DNA from: an uncultured Methanosarcinaceae archaeon | GTDB lineage: Archaea; Halobacteriota; Methanosarcinia; Methanosarcinales; Methanosarcinaceae | Direction: 5' to 3' | Length of the DNA stretch: 64,000 nt | NCBI GenBank assembly: GCA_963733675.1 | Contig: CAVTET010000001.1 | Span: 960,001-1,024,000, forward strand | Part shown: piece by piece, positions 60,289 to 64,000 of the stretch | Numbering within the stretch: the first letter of the stretch is position 1 | Layout of the letters: each line of letters starts with the position of its first letter | Program-made: the position numbers and the translations under genes | The notes under the pieces: model-generated | What the model saw: only the letters and a program-made list of their open reading frames with translations | Told to the model about the DNA's origin: nothing | Database searches by the model: none

Positions 60289-61239
60289 TTATCGTTTCCC
60301 AAGAGCCTTTGAATTTAGTGAGTTCTGAAGAGAGATTAATTCTGAGTTCATCCAATCCTGGAACGAAACATCTGGCGGCTGTATGGTTTCTGTGATACCA
60401 ATGAGGGGTATGCCTTCTTCCGTAGCCAGTTTCTTCATATTATTCGTAATTGGCGTTACAGTTTGCTGGTTATAGACAAGCACACTCACATTTCCACTCT
60501 TAAGCTGCGTCTCAAATTGCACAATGCTCTCTGCCGGTGGATCGTTTCCTTCGGCAACAGCTTGAGTAAATGCAAGAGGAGAAATAAGGTCAAGACCTGT
60601 AGCTTTTGCTAGGTATGCAAAGATACTTTCTGTGGCTGCTACTTTAGTGCTTTCAAATTGTTGTTTAATCTCCCTGGTCCTATTTTGATATTTTGAAAGC
60701 GATAATTGCAAGTTTGCATAATTCTGTTCATAATATGCAGCATTGGCTGGATCGATAGAAATCAGATCTTCTTTCATCTGTTTCACGGTCAGGTTCACAT
60801 AATCTGGGTCATACCAGAAATGAGGATTATTCCCCTCTTTTTTTCCAAGAAGCTTTGCTACATTTAAAATTTTGCAGTCTGATTTTATGCCAGCTCCAAT
60901 CAGCTTGTTAGCCCAGCTGTCATATCCGGCTCCGTTAACAACTATATAATCTGCCATAGCAACTGCACGCGCATTTTCAGTGTTACTTTCGTACTCATGT
61001 GGATCTGCATTGGGATCTGAAACTATGCTCAGCACTTGGACATGCGTTCCGCCAATCTGAGATACCAGACTACCCCAAAAATTTTCAGCAGCAACTATTT
61101 GTATGGTTTTCGTAGTATTGATGGTAACGGGAGTATTATTAGTGCCAAGAGAACTTGGATGAAAACCCTTTATTACAATGAAAGAAACGAGGGCAATAAG
61201 GATCACCATTCCTATGACAATATAAGTTGTATGTTTCAT
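60289..61239 (-). CDS. Zn/Mn ABC transporter substrate-binding protein (ZnuA/TroA-like)
   Basis: DPHEYE, NGAGYD, NPHFW; N-terminal membrane anchor. Confidence 0.88.
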   Translation of the reverse strand: MKHTTYIVIGMVILIALVSFIVIKGFHPSSLGTNNTPVTINTTKTIQIVAAENFWGSLVSQIGGTHVQVLSIVSDPNADPHEYESNTENARAVAMADYIVVNGAGYDSWANKLIGAGIKSDCKILNVAKLLGKKEGNNPHFWYDPDYVNLTVKQMKEDLISIDPANAAYYEQNYANLQLSLSKYQNRTREIKQQFESTKVAATESIFAYLAKATGLDLISPLAFTQAVAEGNDPPAESIVQFETQLKSGNVSVLVYNQQTVTPITNNMKKLATEEGIPLIGITETIQPPDVSFQDWMNSELISLQNSLNSKALGKR

Positions 61240-62033
61240 AATTTTCTACCTACTGAATGTGAATACATTCTTTGCTGATCCCAAAAATTAAAATTCGTTT
61301 TTTGAATCTCATATTTTGAACGAAGAGTCGAGCTTCTGATAATAAAAACAATGTGAAGGATCTAGGACTTATATACTTTGGGTATAAAACAACGCATCTT
61401 AGACGTTGTGACTAAATTTGTACTTTGGGTAATTAGAAGTTTAATGCTATTGATTTTTTTTATTTCAACTGCGAAAGTCCTAGAATTCTAATGATTAAGG
61501 GTAAATAGAATTAAATATGGGGATGAAACTGAGAAACTGCAGCATTAAATATCCAACTGTCTAAAGATAAATAATTCTGATAATGTCATATATCTTTGAT
61601 TTTATCCCTCAATCACATAAACTTCAAATGAAATGGATTTAAGACGAGCTTATTATGCAATTATCGGTGATAAATTATTGGTTATCTACCAAATATTTTG
61701 TTCCATATAAATATTTTTCGCCATATTTAAGGATTATTTAAACACAAAAATAAACTGGATAAAAAATTAGCTAAATCATTAGAAAATGGCCTTTTTTCCC
61801 GAAAACTCACACCTCTATTTATTGATCCGATGCATTTGTGGCACAAAATTAAACTTATTTACACTATGATTAGAATCGTTTTTTAAATAATTACAGGTTT
61901 TATGATATTTATTTTTTTTAAATTATGAAAGTGTGTTATTGAAAATCGTAAGCATAGGGGTCTCCATACGTTTTTTTTTAGAAACGGGATTGCACTATAA
62001 ATTTGAAGCATATGCAAAAAATATTAATATTAT

Positions 62034-62486
62034 GTGGGTATACACCACACAATGACACTTAATGATGGTCTAGAGTTAAGTCCTAAAAAAAATGAATATT
62101 TGAAATATATATTTGAGAAAGGTGGTATCGTTCGTACAATGGATATATCAGATCATTTTCACCTTGACCCGTCAACAATTACTAAGGCCATACAAGAGAT
62201 GTCTTCCACTGGCCTTATAAATTATGTACCTTATAGGGGCATTAGTTTAACATCCAAGGGCACCGAGCATGCCGAGTTTTTGGTTAGACGTCACCGGGTT
62301 ATAGAATTGATGCTTTCCCACTATGGGCTTTCTGGACATGAAGCTTGTGATGAAGCTTTGAAGTTTGAGGGATACGTCTCAAGAAATGTGGTCAATAAGA
62401 TTTGTCGTTCTCTGGGGCATCCGAGAGTAGGTATTTGCGGGAGAATCACGCATAATAAAAGCTGTTGTTATCTTGGAGAAAATTAA
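62034..62486 (+). CDS. DtxR/MntR-family metal-dependent regulator (start may be ATG 62052)
   Basis: EYLKYI, wHTH, Y.PYRGISLT, RRHRVIE, LGHP; divergent from the ABC operon. Confidence 0.85.
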   Translation: MGIHHTMTLNDGLELSPKKNEYLKYIFEKGGIVRTMDISDHFHLDPSTITKAIQEMSSTGLINYVPYRGISLTSKGTEHAEFLVRRHRVIELMLSHYGLSGHEACDEALKFEGYVSRNVVNKICRSLGHPRVGICGRITHNKSCCYLGEN

Positions 62487-62831
62487 TGAAGTACTATCAA
62501 ATAAAATTAATGAAATATTATAATGATACTAGCAGATAGGTCATTAATCCACAATAAACCAGGCCCGGATATATTACTTCTATAACAAAAAAAACATTGA
62601 CTATTTTATAAGATAAAGGCCTAGGGTTTTACTATATTATATAATTTACATAGTTTGGTTAGAAAATCAATAAGTTTTAAAAATTAACCCGTAAAAATTA
62701 TAGATAATTTTTCTTTGAAAATCAATTTTTCCTTATACACCTCTATTTAATTACGCTTAAAATTAACTCTTGAAAATGGTGCAAGTTCTAACGTCATAGC
62801 TATATATACCAGTTACTGTTCATTAAAAATA

Positions 62832-63326
62832 ATGACAGAAAGACCTTTCCTTGACGAATATTTCCTTGAAATCGCTTTCGTTGTGGGAAAACGATCTACC
62901 TGCCTCTGAAATAATGTAGGAGCAGTTATTGTTAGAGATAAACGTATACTCTCAACTGGATACAATGGGGCTCCGAGTGGTATGGAACACTGCCTTGAAA
63001 TCGGGTGTATTCGGGACATAGAGAAGATCCCTTCAGGCACTCGACAGGAGAAATGCAGGGCAGTGCATGCGGAACAGAATGCCATCATTCAGGCTGCAAT
63101 CCATGGGGTGAATGTATCAGGGGCAACTATCTATTGCACACATCAATCTTGTATTCTCTGCACAAAAATGATTATTAATTCAAATATAAACAAGGTTGTA
63201 TATGCAACTCCTTATCATGATACTGATTCATTTACTTTTTTCAGGGATGCAGGTGTGGAAGTGAAATATATACATTTTGAAATTAAATGTTTAAGTTTGA
63301 CAAGGAGTAAACCCACAGGATTTTAA
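62832..63326 (+). pseudogene. dCMP deaminase-family protein with in-frame TGA at codon 26
   Basis: RSTCL*NNVGAVIV, TGYNGAP, HAEQNAI; PCxxC appears as SCILC. Confidence 0.85.
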
Positions 63327-63545
63327 CATATCGCTTGTACTCATCTCTGCAAAAGAAGTTCTCTGTAGGAGATCCAAAATGATTTAATTAATTTTATAAT
63401 TTATGGGACAAAGCTCAAAACCATTAAGTCTTTAGCTGAGTGGTAGTTAATATCATATCTAAACTGACCTTTCGCAGATTTACATAGGTGTATAATTTAT
63501 TTGTCTATTTGCACACCTATTTTCCGGTAGTCGAAATATGCTTGC

Positions 63546-63665
63546 TGGTACTTATGTACTTGAGGTGCAAAATCAAGTATAAAAATCATTGCTATTTAAA
63601 TTTTCAATTTAGACAATTAAAAGTTTAATGCTGTTGATTTCTCAGTTTAACTGCGTAAGTTCTAA
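63546..63665. mobile_element. ~120-bp MITE, same family as 47535-47657
   Basis: Shares ACTTGAGGT.CAAAATCAAG ... GTTTAATGC.GTTGATTT.TCAGTT.AAC. Confidence 0.7.
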
Positions 63666-64000
63666 CATGAATTTGTATATACATACTAAACCATTAAATA
63701 GTTGGTGTAATATCAAATTTAAAAACAGTATTAATGCAGACATTTTGTGAAATGTCTATCAAATTATTATTTATGCAATAATTTGATAAAATATAAGCTA
63801 ACAAGCATAAATTATTTTTTTGCAGTTAAAAAAAAGTTGGTTATATGCTAAATTTTTAAATATATCTGCCGCATAATGTAGAATGGGTCATGTCTACAAA
63901 TAGTAAAATTTTGCTTATTATAAAAATACACCCTCTTCAGAAAATATAACTGGATTATTTAGTTCTTAAATACTGTTTAACAATGCACTTGCTAGTTGGA

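Noticed and set aside
42644-62909. In-frame TGA codons in YVTN protein, hisI and dCMP deaminase as selenocysteine or recoding
   Set aside because: They fall at Gly/Arg positions, not Cys. TAA stops and frameshifts are equally common nearby, and intact genes (e.g. argD, pentapeptide gene) end in TGA.

Overview
AT-rich archaeal window, almost certainly Methanosarcina (pta-ackA pair, artA-psd-pssA, aglB, pcn-priL, TFS, Methanosarcina-type surface and PAS-kinase proteins). Bases 1-17.4 kb are mostly intact housekeeping genes, interrupted by decayed IS66 and IS110 copies. From tRNA-Thr(GGT) at 21.3 kb onward the region is accessory and heavily eroded. About a dozen genes there carry in-frame stops, small frameshifts or truncations. 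It also holds IS5 and TnpB remnants, several families of tiny inverted-repeat elements, and Co, Ni and Zn/Mn uptake genes. The most notable items, missed or mis-started by the ORF track, are: a secreted Gly/Trp-rich protein with a single in-frame amber codon (pyrrolysine candidate), a 9-Cys desulforedoxin/metallothionein-like 52-aa protein near the Zn ABC locus, a duplicated MIKSDxKVLPK micropeptide gene with conserved upstream DNA, and a three-copy dispersed repeat that conserves a 26-codon TAG-terminated frame. No CRISPR array or rRNA was seen. All calls are by eye, without database searches.
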